DNA of 64,000 nucleotides from a virus. Every line of letters starts with the position of its first letter. The first letter of the stretch is position 1. The notes beneath the pieces were generated by a model that searched no databases, was not told the DNA's origin, and saw only the letters and a list, made by a program, of their open reading frames with translations. Shown piece by piece: positions 44,201 to 54,731 of this stretch. The position numbers were made by a program, and so were the translations under genes. The stretch is from the IMG/VR virus record IMGVR_UViG_3300037470_000856, positions 64,001 to 128,000 of that record; one strand, given 5' to 3'.

Positions 44201-44564
44201 ATTTGCCCGAGCGGCGTCCGATGGGGAGGATGAGGTTGCGACGCTCGTGGCCCGGCTCTACCTCGGCGATGTTGCACTCATCGCGGTCGTGCTTCCACCG
44301 CAGGTACTCGGCCTCGGTGAACCACTGCTCATTCTCCCGTTTCCAGTCCGTGATGCGGAACCGGTTGTTCGAATTGTCGTCGAGCGGGATGCCGTAGTGC
44401 GCCTTGAGGATGACGCGCTGGACGGGCCAGAGCTTGAAATTGAGGCCCCAGTCCGCCTCGATGAACGTGACGATGTCGACGACGTCGCGCTTGCCGTCGT
44501 CGACATGGAGACGCCCGGCGTTTAGTGCGATCCGGGCAAGGTTCGCTGCTGCCTTCCCTGCCAC
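41277..44564 (-). CDS. terL: Terminase large subunit, intein-containing
   Basis: Walker A GRRSGK|TT split by the intein; Walker B VIILDE; ISSP coupling motif; nuclease GFDLG...HDDMADA. Confidence 0.92.
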   Translation of the reverse strand: MAGKAAANLARIALNAGRLHVDDGKRDVVDIVTFIEADWGLNFKLWPVQRVILKAHYGIPLDDNSNNRFRITDWKRENEQWFTEAEYLRWKHDRDECNIAEVEPGHERRNLILPIGRRSGKCVVGDTLVFTDQGVVRIDSFDDFLSWVQYPGEEHFPLEITVAQEGARKRSKSAYFYRGGHREIRRVKTHCGYEIAGTPNHRVRVMTEEGVIDWRRLDEIRERDQIAVHRGTDLWASEQVSTTDVVERLLHPGRKNVQFPAHVDEKWGLLLGMLVGDGHWKPQNGICMTVEHDEMWELAEGLFEELLGPSTRTMDKRTENTGALRFHSVAAREFLHELGWDWDCDRYSKHVPWSIMKSPVPVVQAFLRGLFETDGDVESVGNTVSFSTASERLAREVQVLLLNLGIVSRRKAKWNKKHRRDYHVLTIRGLRSRTMFAERVGFMTRKKMAPLVAKIRSVSRERGDTEGVPHQRSWCRRLLDSVPTEHKSMGNGWQRSKLRDKLGNTIKLSAPDEMTYPRWREARPVALGQGASRDFIEHFDEIFSADYFYDPVEFVVEDHDEVYDLNVPEGESFVANGLTNHNTTISACISAYETYKLINKGNPQRYYGLAPSNPIRLLSVATGKDQAGLLYEEVSHHFAKCSFFKRYTANNTLSYARFQTPYDIEEFGSYVENPRARASVRVSFAACNAKSLRGPGNIVIILDEVAHFLEQGGSSAEEVYTALSPSNKTFTPKDAFGNPADGDDTESEGRIIMISSPLGKQGLFYDKFKQAMNGGDSTRNMLAVQAPTWEVNPTMSAAAFKEEYAFDPRKFQVEFGAEFTDRTLGWLDSDQDLWDCIDKNLRPRHRGEPRQAYFVGFDLGLVHDASSIAITHIDPQGRIILDFIGKMKAGEGEFIDKDRLEFEDVANWIYLLSRRFRFYKGLFDQWGAIPLEQALAKKGLTMLEGKLFSQTEKSQIWQNFKSLLWDRVGDTSRLSLYDITDQEKQAYLRREETPPEHLEYLEEIRSLQATYKAKYIIDVQAPQSDGKHDDMADALARSLYLASMHLGKLKHIAGSQTNADPNQPGVSAKVRRINHRKRLLGGSDPKRQVPRRRGR
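42819..44201 (-). mobile_element. Intein with LAGLIDADG endonuclease in the terminase Walker A (461 aa)
   Basis: Begins CVVGDTLV, has GTPNHR and LLGMLVGDG / FLRGLFETDG, ends TNHN followed by Thr. Confidence 0.95.
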
Positions 44565-44568
44565 GAAC

Positions 44569-45267
44569 TCACGACCCCCTCATCCTCTTGCGGGCCTCTT
44601 CCTCCCACGTCTCGTCGGTCATGCGCTCCGACAGTTCGACAAAGACGGTCTCGGCCTGGTCGCGCGGGACGCCTCCCTTGTGCATGGACTCCCGGAAGCA
44701 GTCGAGCATGAACTCAAACAGCTTGCGGAAGGCCGGGCTCTCAAGGTCGATCATGCGACCCGCGAGCTGTTCCTTGCGCTTGATCCACGTCTCGCCGAGG
44801 GCCTTGAGGGCGTTGATGCGACGGATGGAGAGTTGGCTCGTCTCCTTGCCGGTACGCTCGGCCTCGATGCGCTCGAAGTTGAGCGACGCGGCCTCCTGCG
44901 CGAACCCGGTCATGACGAGATGGAGCACGTCCTCCGCGTCGATGCCCGACTCGAGCTGCTGGAGCAGCGCGTCGTTCTCGAAGAACTCCTGCTTCTGCTG
45001 CACGAGCACCGCGACCGTCTGGTTGACGGGAGGCGGGGGCTTCGGTACCGGGGCCTGCTTGCGGCGCCCGGGCTTGTCCTGCATCACGACGAGTTTGCCG
45101 CGGTGGACGACAATCTCGTCCGAGTCGAGGATCGCGTCGAGACCGTCACTCGCTACATCGCGGTAGCGCTCGTTCCCCTTCTCGTCGATCACCTTCACCC
45201 GGACGGCGTCGTCCGGGATCATGGAGAGGATCTGGTCTCGTGTCTTCTTGGCTGCGCTCATGCTCAC
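44569..45267 (-). CDS. Hypothetical protein, candidate terminase small subunit
   Basis: 232 aa, helical, immediately upstream of terL; positional inference only. Confidence 0.45.
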   Translation of the reverse strand: MSMSAAKKTRDQILSMIPDDAVRVKVIDEKGNERYRDVASDGLDAILDSDEIVVHRGKLVVMQDKPGRRKQAPVPKPPPPVNQTVAVLVQQKQEFFENDALLQQLESGIDAEDVLHLVMTGFAQEAASLNFERIEAERTGKETSQLSIRRINALKALGETWIKRKEQLAGRMIDLESPAFRKLFEFMLDCFRESMHKGGVPRDQAETVFVELSERMTDETWEEEARKRMRGS

Positions 45268-45279
45268 CGTGCCCGGCTA

Positions 45280-45903
45280 CTAGGGAGCCACCCCGTTCGG
45301 CGTACCGGGCGGAAGTATGGTGGGGGGCTCGACTGGACCCTCTCCGATGCCCTGGCTGAGGACGCCATCCTCGGCGACGTACGTGAAGTCGAAGTTCATC
45401 TCGCCGCCTCTGTAGGCGGCGACGAAACGCAGGGTCGCCTGCCCCTGCGGGCCGTTGACCGTCACGACCGCCCCGACCAAGACGGCCGAGTAACCGGGTA
45501 GCGCGTCGATGGCCGCCTCGATGTTGGCGGCCGTCGCCGCAACCCCGCCCCCGGTGACGAAGTCGCGATTCGAGACGAGCTCGAACGGTCCGACGAAGAG
45601 GCTCGCCGAGGTCCCCGCGAAGACGTCGCTGACCACTTCGACGTCGCCGGTCGGAGGAGGCGTCCCGACGAACGGGTCGAGCCGCGCGTTGATCGTGTTG
45701 GTGATGACAGACCGCGCGGGCGCGTAGGTGTCGTTCGTCAGGTTGTCCGAGAACCCGAGGTTCTGGACGTGCTGGAAGACGAACCCCGTCCTCGTCTTGG
45801 TGGGGGCCATGTGGGACGTGTCCGAGCCCGTGATGAGGCTCTGCGTCGGCCGCGAGAAGTTCGCGACGAGCAGTTCGTACGGGGGCTGTGCGGCGGTGGG
45901 CAT
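45280..45903 (-). CDS. Hypothetical, probably virion structural protein
   Basis: 207 aa, Thr/Gly/Val-rich. Confidence 0.6.
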   Translation of the reverse strand: MPTAAQPPYELLVANFSRPTQSLITGSDTSHMAPTKTRTGFVFQHVQNLGFSDNLTNDTYAPARSVITNTINARLDPFVGTPPPTGDVEVVSDVFAGTSASLFVGPFELVSNRDFVTGGGVAATAANIEAAIDALPGYSAVLVGAVVTVNGPQGQATLRFVAAYRGGEMNFDFTYVAEDGVLSQGIGEGPVEPPTILPPGTPNGVAP

Positions 45904-45906
45904 GGC

Positions 45907-46380
45907 TTACCTCTCTGCGGCCTCCTTGGATCGCAGCACCTGCCGCAGAAGGTACTGGTTGGTCTCGTGGTCGCTGGCGATCGACATCAGAAAATCGTCC
46001 ATCCCGAGGCTGAGCTCACCGAGACCCTTGAGGCGGTCATAGCACTTGCGCGTCACATCCTGAAAATCGTTCTCGGACAGCAGACCGCGCTCGTGGAGGC
46101 ACGGAACCTGAATCCATCGAGCCACGAACTTCTGGAATTTCGGAGAGACGTGGGCGGCCGAGACGACCTCGGGGCCGTAGGTGCCAACCATCTTCTCCGC
46201 GAGCGTGTCGATCTGGTCGGCGACACTCTCGTAGAGGCGCTGAAACAGCAGGTGATTGCCATAGTAGGCGGAGCCGCGCGTCTGCCAGTGCGACTCCTGG
46301 TAGTTCCAGATCTGCGCGCGGAGCAGCCCGAGCAGGTGCTGCAGCAGGTAGATCGCCGTCTGCTTCTCGGGGGTCATCAC
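45907..46380 (-). CDS. Dps/ferritin-like protein
   Basis: SHWQTRG..YYGNHLLFQRLY....QIDTLAEK matches the Dps ferroxidase pattern. Confidence 0.8.
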   Translation of the reverse strand: MMTPEKQTAIYLLQHLLGLLRAQIWNYQESHWQTRGSAYYGNHLLFQRLYESVADQIDTLAEKMVGTYGPEVVSAAHVSPKFQKFVARWIQVPCLHERGLLSENDFQDVTRKCYDRLKGLGELSLGMDDFLMSIASDHETNQYLLRQVLRSKEAAER

Positions 46381-48646
46381 AACTCAAACCCCCCGAAGAA
46401 TATACCGTCGAGGCTGGGGCGGGTCGCGTCCTCGGTCTCCACCTCGTCGAGCGACGAGTTGTGCAGGCCGAACTCGTCCACCGGGTTGGGATTGGACGCG
46501 GCCCGGATGTCATTGTCGTGGAACATCGACGCCGTCTCCTCGGCGTCGCTCATGTCGTGCGACGCCAGTGCCTGGCGCCGGAACGCCTCGGCCCCGTCGG
46601 GGATCTCGTCGATGAGCGTCTTGTTGTACTTCTGGCAGACGCCGTCCACGTTCTTGAACACGCAGCCGTCGCACCGCTCCATGGCGAGCACGTAGCGGAG
46701 CTGGTTCGCACGGTGGCGCAGCGCCCCCTCCTCGCACCCCTTCGCGGTTTTGGGCGTCGCGTAGGCCGCCGCGTCCACGTAGAGGTGACCCGAAAGACCC
46801 TCGTGCTTCCCGCGGACATGGACGAGTTGCTGCTGTGCCGCCCATTTCACGCGGGGCTCCACACGATAAGCGATGAGCGAGTCGAGGTCTCGCGACGCGA
46901 ACCCCTCGCTCATCTGCTGACGAGCCCACCGGACTGTCTGGGCGATCTCCTTCGGAGACACAACCTGCTCGGGGTGACGGTACTCCGCCTCCCGCTGCAC
47001 GGCGCCCTGGTACTCGCGAGGCTGGCCCGCGTTCTCGTCGTCGTAGTAGCCACCCTTGACGAGCACGGGGTCCATCTCGGCCGCGATCATCTTGCGCTCG
47101 GCGTCATCGAACAGGCTCCCCACCATCTCGCGCAGGCCTGGGCCGTCAACCTCGCGCTTGAGCACGGCGTCGAGCACCTTGGCGAACTTCTCCCGCGCGG
47201 CCTGGTAGCGGGCCTCGAGACGCTTGAACCCCTCGAGCAGCCGATGACGCTCGGCCTCCTCGGAGACGGACGCGGTGCGGGCGTGGTACTGCGCCTGCTT
47301 GCCCCGCCCCCCGGCCGCGGCGAACTCCTCGGCCGTGATGGACACGCGAGCGTCGCCGGACATGCCCCCGCTGTACTCGGCCGTCTTGGTCCGTGCCGCG
47401 AGCCGGTGTGCCATGCGGAGGCGCGTCTGCATCGGCTGGTCGGAGTCCATGAGGATCTTGGTCTCATCGAGCGTGATCAGGTTCACTCTCGCCAGGGCGC
47501 CGAGTTTCCTGGCGAGTTGGCGTCGCTGCGCCTCGGACTCCTTCCCAGAAAGGTCGAGGCGCTCGCGCTGCTGCCGATACGCGAGGATGGTCTGCACGGC
47601 CTCATGACGAGAGACCCGATCGGCCTCCACCGTGTGGCGGACCTTGGTGGTCTCGACGTGGGTGGTCGGGACCTTTTCCTCCGCCAGGAAGGCGTGCTGG
47701 AGCGCGACGCGCTTGTCCATTACCGTAGCCGTGCGATCGAGACGGCCGGTGGCATCGAGTTTGGGGGAGTAGTGGTCGTAGGCGTCGTTCCAGTCGATCT
47801 GGTTCGGGTGCTCGACGAGCGTGAGGCCGAGGCTGCACGCACAGCTCGAGCAATCCTGCCCGCACGCGGCGACCATGTAGCGAGCGCCCTTGGCGGCCTT
47901 CACGAGCTCGTCGCGCCACTTGCCTCGCTCGAGACCTGGGTACGCCGAGGCTCGTACGTAGACCTTGCCCGCGAGCCCGTGCTCGGCCTCGACGGCCTTC
48001 ACGGCGTTGGCAATCTTGCGTGCCGACGCGACGTTCATCTGAGACGCGAGACGCCGCTTGATGGAGCCCATCAGCTCGCCGGCCGCGGACCGACGCATGG
48101 TCGACTGCACCAGAGCCGCGAGTTTGTCGGCGTGCAAGGTGTCGTCATCCTCCTCTCCCTGGAACGCGTCCTCGTAGCGAACCGCGTCGCGTTCTCTGAG
48201 GTCGAGACGCACGATGCCGTCCGTGCGATCACCCCACGCCTCCTGGAGCTCGCGGATGCCATTGTCGACGGGCTTGTCGGGCAGCCGCGTGGGGTCCTGG
48301 GCGGCGCCCCCGAACCATGTGTGGTCGACGATCCCCATGTCCGCGCGGTCGACGTCGAAGTCGATCGTCGGGTGGACTTCGCTCGCCACGATGCCGAGGC
48401 CCTCGAGATTGAGACCCTCCTTGTCATCCTGCGCGAGCACGTCGAGCTCCTCCTCAAGTGCGAGGATCATCCCGTCGGGGAGTTGCGCCATGCCGGAGGT
48501 GGCCGGCTGCGGCACCGGCTGCGATCCCGGGTTCTCTCGAAGGCCGTGCTCGTACTCCATGTCGTGCCAGAAGCCGTCCATCATGTAGTTAGAGCCCCAG
48601 TTCTCGTTGAGCTCGGCGGGAAGTTTGGACTCAGACTTCTTGGACA

Positions 48647-48647
<1 letters not shown>
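46377..48647 (-). CDS. Large hypothetical protein with Cys clusters
   Basis: 756 aa; two related YVxAxAY...Cys segments. Confidence 0.75.
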
Positions 48648-49669
<1,022 letters not shown>

Positions 49670-49694
49670 TGTGAAACTTCCTGCCAAGGGATGT

Positions 49695-49710
49695 CTATAA
49701 GGCGAAAACC
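49695..49710 (-). promoter_or_regulatory. Putative phage late promoter (copy 2)
   Basis: Minus strand GGTTTTCGCCTTATAG, about 27 nt upstream of GTG at 49669. Confidence 0.6.
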
Positions 49711-49757
49711 ACGCCCGCTCGGCCGCTACGGCCCAGACGCAACACGCGCCCTGTGTC

Positions 49758-50339
49758 CTACACCTTGAGTGGCTCGCCAGAATCATCGAACAGGCGCGAG
49801 ATCACGAAGCTGTTGCCCATGTTCTCGAAGGCCCACAAGTCTTTCGTGGCCTTGTGGACGAGTTCGTTGTTGTTGTTGTTGTCGCCCCCCCGAAGGAACC
49901 CAGAAAGATCACCGAGGCTCGAAACACGCATCGCGAAGTTGCTCGCGCGCTTACGGTTAGGAGCAGCCGCATGAAGGTGTTCGGGGTGGATCGCCATGAA
50001 CTGCCCGGCATCGAATTTCACGAAGACCCACCCTCCGAGTCCGGTCTGGTCCCCCTCGACCGTGCGCACCATGACGACGGTGCCCTCCGCGTCGGGAACT
50101 GGCGGGTCGGCGTAGGACAAGACGCTCCCGATGTTCGTCACGAACGAAACGCGCGTCCCCGCCTCCACCGGGATCTCGAGCGCGTTGGCGGCCCGTCCTC
50201 GATCGGTGAGGGACCGAAGGCCGGCAAACTCGACACGCTCCTCATGCTCCTCACGACTGCTCAGGTAGTCGTCGAGCGCCGAGGCCGTACGGCTCTGCTG
50301 ACCGAGCATCAGGTTCTCCCAGAATTCGTCGTTGGACAT
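49758..50339 (-). CDS. Hypothetical protein
   Basis: 193 aa with AGGAG RBS; SH3-like centre; LVHKATKDLW. Confidence 0.75.
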   Translation of the reverse strand: MSNDEFWENLMLGQQSRTASALDDYLSSREEHEERVEFAGLRSLTDRGRAANALEIPVEAGTRVSFVTNIGSVLSYADPPVPDAEGTVVMVRTVEGDQTGLGGWVFVKFDAGQFMAIHPEHLHAAAPNRKRASNFAMRVSSLGDLSGFLRGGDNNNNNELVHKATKDLWAFENMGNSFVISRLFDDSGEPLKV

Positions 50340-50349
50340 GACTGTTCTC

Positions 50350-51957
50350 CTAGATATCGCGCTTCACAACGTAGTTGATGGTCAGCGCCTGCGGAGCGCC
50401 AAAGGCGATATCGAACCCGAGGACGGTCTTGGCCGCGTTCGGCACGAACGGGATGTCCGTGACAGCGACCGGAGGCCCCTCGGGCTCGATAAGGACCGTG
50501 TAAGCGGTGTCGGGCTGTGGCTCCGGGAAGAGCACCGTCACCACCATCCCGGCCGCGAACACGGCCGACCCGTAGGCAGTCGTCTCGGCCAGCGTCCCCG
50601 TGCTGGCGCCGACCAGAGCACCGCGCGTGCAGTTACTCAGAACCGTGGCCGGGGCGACTCCGCCGACGATCATCGGACCGAACGCGCACCTGCGCGCCGT
50701 GAAACTCTGCGCAGGCGCGTCGCCGCTGTATGTTGTGGACCCGGCGACCGTGCAGTCCGTCAGCGTCAGGCTGCCCACGCCGACGTAGCCCGCCAAAAGC
50801 CCCGTGCCGCCGATCAACACGTTGTTGAGTTCGTAGATCGAGGTTCCGATGACGGGGAGATCGGGGTTCGTGTTATCGTAGTTGAGAGCCGCCCCTTCGA
50901 TCTCGACGCCGTACAGGTGGCACGCGGCGCAGTCGTCGACACTGAAGGTCGTGCCGGTCGCGGCTTCGAGCCAGTTGCCCCCGCTCACATAGAGGTTGTT
51001 GACGGCCGAGGCACGCAGGGTGAACCCGGTCGCCGCGGCGGGCACAAGGTCGCAGCCGAGGACCTGGATCAGGTCATCTCCGACCGTCGATCCTGGCGAG
51101 CTGTCCGCGCCCCCGGTGAGCGTCGCACCCGAAGGGACGATGACCAGGACGACCGTGCTCAAGAGCGTGATGGCGTTGCCCGCCACGCCGTCCTCAAGGG
51201 CTCGGATCGTCACGACGGAGCCCGTGACGGTGGCTACCACGAGACCCGTGATGCCGTTGACGGGGTCGTTGATCGCATCGGCCAGGTTGGCGGCAGTCGT
51301 GTTCTCGTCCGTCCCCAGCTCGAACTCTCCGGGCGCCGGGACGCTGCCGTTGGCGATGGCTGTGAAGGTGGTGCCGTCGACGTCCGCGACGTCGCCGATG
51401 TTAGGAACTGAGGCGATAGTGAACGACCCCGCTGCGAACTGCGCGCTCGAGATGTCGATGCAGGCCTCGCCGGGCTCTGTGTTCTCGATCCGCATGTCGC
51501 GGATCGCGACGCGGCGAGGAACCGTGTTGACGCCCTCGCGCATGCGGAGGGTCGAGACGGCCGAGGCGTTGCGTAGTCGCACGGTGCCGAGACCCTGGAG
51601 GGTCACCCCGTCTTTGAGGAAGTAGACGTCCTCGACGTAGAAGCCCGGAGCCACGAAGACCGTCCATGGGTCGTTCACGTCGGACCCGTCGGGCACCGCG
51701 TCGAGGGCCGCCTGGATGGTCGTGATCGGGTCGCCGTTGGCGTCCTTGCTCGCGCCAGCGCCGGTCGGGGAGACCACGATCGTGTTGTTGACCTGCTGGA
51801 GGCCCGCAAGTTCATAGAGGCTGATGCCTCCGGGGATGCGAATGTCCGTGAACCGCAGCGACCCGTCGCTCACGGCGGCCTCGATCAGGCGTGGGCCCGC
51901 GGGGGCGTCGGCGTTCTCGACTTCGTATGCGTCACTTCTGAATGGAGGCTGCGCCAT
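50350..51957 (-). CDS. Putative virion structural protein with beta-helix-like region
   Basis: 535 aa; TTIQAALDA...VFVAPGFYVEDV beta-helix cap motif; Thr/Gly/Ala-rich. Confidence 0.6.
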   Translation of the reverse strand: MAQPPFRSDAYEVENADAPAGPRLIEAAVSDGSLRFTDIRIPGGISLYELAGLQQVNNTIVVSPTGAGASKDANGDPITTIQAALDAVPDGSDVNDPWTVFVAPGFYVEDVYFLKDGVTLQGLGTVRLRNASAVSTLRMREGVNTVPRRVAIRDMRIENTEPGEACIDISSAQFAAGSFTIASVPNIGDVADVDGTTFTAIANGSVPAPGEFELGTDENTTAANLADAINDPVNGITGLVVATVTGSVVTIRALEDGVAGNAITLLSTVVLVIVPSGATLTGGADSSPGSTVGDDLIQVLGCDLVPAAATGFTLRASAVNNLYVSGGNWLEAATGTTFSVDDCAACHLYGVEIEGAALNYDNTNPDLPVIGTSIYELNNVLIGGTGLLAGYVGVGSLTLTDCTVAGSTTYSGDAPAQSFTARRCAFGPMIVGGVAPATVLSNCTRGALVGASTGTLAETTAYGSAVFAAGMVVTVLFPEPQPDTAYTVLIEPEGPPVAVTDIPFVPNAAKTVLGFDIAFGAPQALTINYVVKRDI

Positions 51958-51966
51958 GGTCTACTC

Positions 51967-52410
51967 CTAGACGAACACGTCGTACTGAACCGTCCCCGTG
52001 TAGGTCACGTTGAGCTCGATGTCGAAGCCCGTGGTGGTCTTGTTAACGATCCGCCAGTCGATGAATTCCTCGAGCGTCACGTACACGCGGTAGTTCGTGT
52101 TCGCGAACGGCGTGGCGAACACGATCGACTGGCTCGTCTGGTCGACGAAGTTGAGAGTCCCATTTACTGCGCTCGACTGTGCCAAGATGTTCTCCACATC
52201 CGCCTTCGCGGCGTTGATCTCGTCGAGGACGCAGCCTGGGATCTGCGTGTTCGAGCCGCAGATGCTGCCGTTCGGCGACTTGATGCCGCTGACTCCGCAG
52301 GTCCCGTCCTGGTTGACGTCGATGGTGAACATCCACGACGGGTTGCATGGGTCGTTGACCCGCACCATGTAGACGAAGCAACTCTTGATGCGCGTTCGAA
52401 CACCCGACAT
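51967..52410 (-). CDS. Hypothetical, probably structural protein
   Basis: C-terminal IVFATPFANTNYRV...KTTTGFDI resembles the C-terminus of the neighbouring 535-aa protein. Confidence 0.65.
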   Translation of the reverse strand: MSGVRTRIKSCFVYMVRVNDPCNPSWMFTIDVNQDGTCGVSGIKSPNGSICGSNTQIPGCVLDEINAAKADVENILAQSSAVNGTLNFVDQTSQSIVFATPFANTNYRVYVTLEEFIDWRIVNKTTTGFDIELNVTYTGTVQYDVFV

Positions 52411-52411
52411 C

Positions 52412-52729
52412 TCACCAGATCCAGTTGGTTTCGAGTCCGCGCTTCGCGAGCCAGCGCTCCAGGGTCCTCAGGGCGTCACGGTCCGAGGACCACACGTAGA
52501 ATCCCTCGAAGTCCTCGCTGACTCCGAGATCGGGGATGGGCTGAACTTCCGAACCACCTGAGCCGAGCTTGAGTTTTCCATCCCGGAACGAGCGCAGCAC
52601 CGAGGCGTAGTCTTTCGCGTTCGGGTTGAACACGCGGAACCGGTACTCGGGACTGGCCTGCGCCAGCAGCCACTGCCGGGCGACCTTCTTGGTCATGATG
52701 GCCCGACGTGCTGAGTGTTCCTCGGACAT
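52412..52729 (-). CDS. Hypothetical protein
   Basis: 105 aa; N-terminal KKVARQWL motif. Confidence 0.75.
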   Translation of the reverse strand: MSEEHSARRAIMTKKVARQWLLAQASPEYRFRVFNPNAKDYASVLRSFRDGKLKLGSGGSEVQPIPDLGVSEDFEGFYVWSSDRDALRTLERWLAKRGLETNWIW

Positions 52730-52754
52730 GGGTTGCTCCTCGCCGGCCGTCCGG

Positions 52755-53531
52755 CTAGCCCTCCTTGCACCCGCTGAGGTCGATAACCACCGAGGGGACG
52801 GGCATCTTGCCGTCCGGCTCCGCGATCTCGTCGGCGACGGGCTTGATCATCCCCCCAACGTAGTTGACAGCACCGATCGCAGCGGTGCCCTTCTTGCAGT
52901 TGGCGCTCTGTAACTTCGTCGCGTAGTGCAGGACCGCGGCGATGGTGATGCCGGCGATGGCCTCGACGAGCGCGGCCGCCTCGGGGTGACCCATCGTAGC
53001 CGCGACGTCGGGCTCGACCGGGGGCTCGGGCTCCTCTGGGAGGGCTTCCTCGGCCGGAGAAACTTCCTCGGCCGCGGGCTCCGGCTCGGCCGGGGGGGCT
53101 TCTTCGGACGGCGCCTCTTCCTTGGCCGGAGCGACGTAACCCGCGATCTGTGTCACGACGACGATCGGCCCGTGAAGGCTCACGCTCTCGGTCACGTCCG
53201 CGTCGGCCCGGAGTGCCAAGCACCCGGACACGTCGATGTCGACGGCCGGGATGACGATCTTGTCCTGGAGACGCCCGGCGAGCACCTCGGCCGCGCTGTC
53301 GAACGCGGTGATGAGGAATGTGGCAGCGACGCACCCTTCGAAGTTCTTGGCCTTGATCGCCTCGTTGTAGCCAATCATGGACGCCGTGCCGCCGCCCGCG
53401 AACGCGACCTGGATCAGGGGGAAGTATTCCTCGGGATTCGCAGTGCCTTTGGTGGGCCTGCATCCGCCGAGGGCGATCGGGAGGATGAGAAGGGCGCTTG
53501 CTGCGAGTTTGCCGAACCGGGCCATGGACAT
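52755..53531 (-). CDS. Putative lipoprotein
   Basis: MSMARFGKLAASALLILPIALGG-C lipobox; Pro/Glu-rich linker. Confidence 0.65.
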   Translation of the reverse strand: MSMARFGKLAASALLILPIALGGCRPTKGTANPEEYFPLIQVAFAGGGTASMIGYNEAIKAKNFEGCVAATFLITAFDSAAEVLAGRLQDKIVIPAVDIDVSGCLALRADADVTESVSLHGPIVVVTQIAGYVAPAKEEAPSEEAPPAEPEPAAEEVSPAEEALPEEPEPPVEPDVAATMGHPEAAALVEAIAGITIAAVLHYATKLQSANCKKGTAAIGAVNYVGGMIKPVADEIAEPDGKMPVPSVVIDLSGCKEG

Positions 53532-53552
53532 GGTCTCCTACCCGATGTGCCA

Positions 53553-53568
53553 AAATAGGAGGAAAACC
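53553..53568 (-). promoter_or_regulatory. Putative phage late promoter (copy 1)
   Basis: Minus strand GGTTTTCCTCCTATTT, about 23 nt upstream of the start at 53531. Confidence 0.5.
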
Positions 53569-53579
53569 GGCGCCCGGGG

Positions 53580-54191
53580 TCAGTCCACGACGAAGTGGAC
53601 CTTCTCGTCCCACTTCGGGCGGTCCACCTCACGCATGATGTTCAAGTTCTCCGCGATGGCCTGAAAGATTTTCGCGTAGGGTCCCATCTGCGGGTTCTCG
53701 ACCATCCTACGCGTGGACCGCATGAACCGGTGCCGCACCTTACCCTGCGTGATGCGCATGGCCTTGGCCACCGCGCTCTGGCAAGTCGTCTCATACATCC
53801 GCATCATGATCTCGACGTCCTCCTCGTCGCCGAGGAACTCCCGAAGCGCGCGCTCCATCTCGTGCTCCAAAATGTCGGGCAGGCTGAGCACGAACTGGAT
53901 GCGAGCTGTCGCGCGCTGCAGCCGGTAGCAGACGGTCGGCTGGCTCACCCGGAAAATCTCGGCGATGTCGGTCTGCGTCTTGTGGGAGAAGAAGTAGAGT
54001 TCGACAAAGTCGGCCTCGCGCAGGGGGAGTTCCTGCATGATCTCCCGGACGCGCTCGAGGTTGCGAGCAGACTCCTCGGTGGGCTCCTCGGAGAGGACCT
54101 GCTCGAGGAACTCCATGTTGTCCTCGACGCTAACGCGGGACTCTATCTCGGAAGGGTCTACGGATCGGCAATCGGCCCAAACGCTTGGCAT
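53580..54191 (-). CDS. Tandem sigma-70 region-4-like HTH protein
   Basis: LPLREADFVELYFFSHKTQTDIAEIFRVSQPTVCYRL and a second HTH QSAVAKAMRITQGKVRHRF. Confidence 0.75.
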   Translation of the reverse strand: MPSVWADCRSVDPSEIESRVSVEDNMEFLEQVLSEEPTEESARNLERVREIMQELPLREADFVELYFFSHKTQTDIAEIFRVSQPTVCYRLQRATARIQFVLSLPDILEHEMERALREFLGDEEDVEIMMRMYETTCQSAVAKAMRITQGKVRHRFMRSTRRMVENPQMGPYAKIFQAIAENLNIMREVDRPKWDEKVHFVVD

Positions 54192-54197
54192 CGGTAC

Positions 54198-54731
54198 TCA
54201 CACGGTCTCCAAGAACACCTTCGGCACCTTGAAGATGACTACGAGGGAACGCAGCTCAAAGCGGACGATCGCGTAATCGCCCTCCACGTCGAGGACTTCG
54301 CCCTCGAGTTTACTGTAAATTCCGTCCGTTACCAAAACAGTCATGCCTGGGACGATGTCGGACGCGACCTCCTCGTTGAGCTGTCGCCGAAGTTCGGTGA
54401 CTCGAGAGTCGGGAATCGTCGAGAGGACCCGGATCCCCCGTGGCCCCTTGCGTTCCGAGAGGACCTGCTCCACGAGTTTCGTCTGCTCGAGACGGAAGTA
54501 GCGCACCTCGTCGAGTCCCGTAGCGACGAAGGCGTACCCCTCCATGAGATGCACGGCGACGCTGCGGCCCTTCTTCTCGTAGATCCAGGCCGGCACGAAC
54601 ACCGGCCAGTCCGAGTCTACCTCCAGGGCCTTGCGAATCTCCTGTGCGAGGGTGCCATTCTCGACGAGTTTCTCGCCTGGTTGGCTCAGCTCAAGAGCTA
54701 CCCACGTCGTTGAGTCTCGCTGGTCTGCCAC
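54198..54731 (-). CDS. NusG/RfaH-family transcription factor
   Basis: NGN domain (VFVP...LMEGYAFV) plus KOW (PGMTVLVTDGIYSKLEGEV). Confidence 0.85.
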   Translation of the reverse strand: MADQRDSTTWVALELSQPGEKLVENGTLAQEIRKALEVDSDWPVFVPAWIYEKKGRSVAVHLMEGYAFVATGLDEVRYFRLEQTKLVEQVLSERKGPRGIRVLSTIPDSRVTELRRQLNEEVASDIVPGMTVLVTDGIYSKLEGEVLDVEGDYAIVRFELRSLVVIFKVPKVFLETV

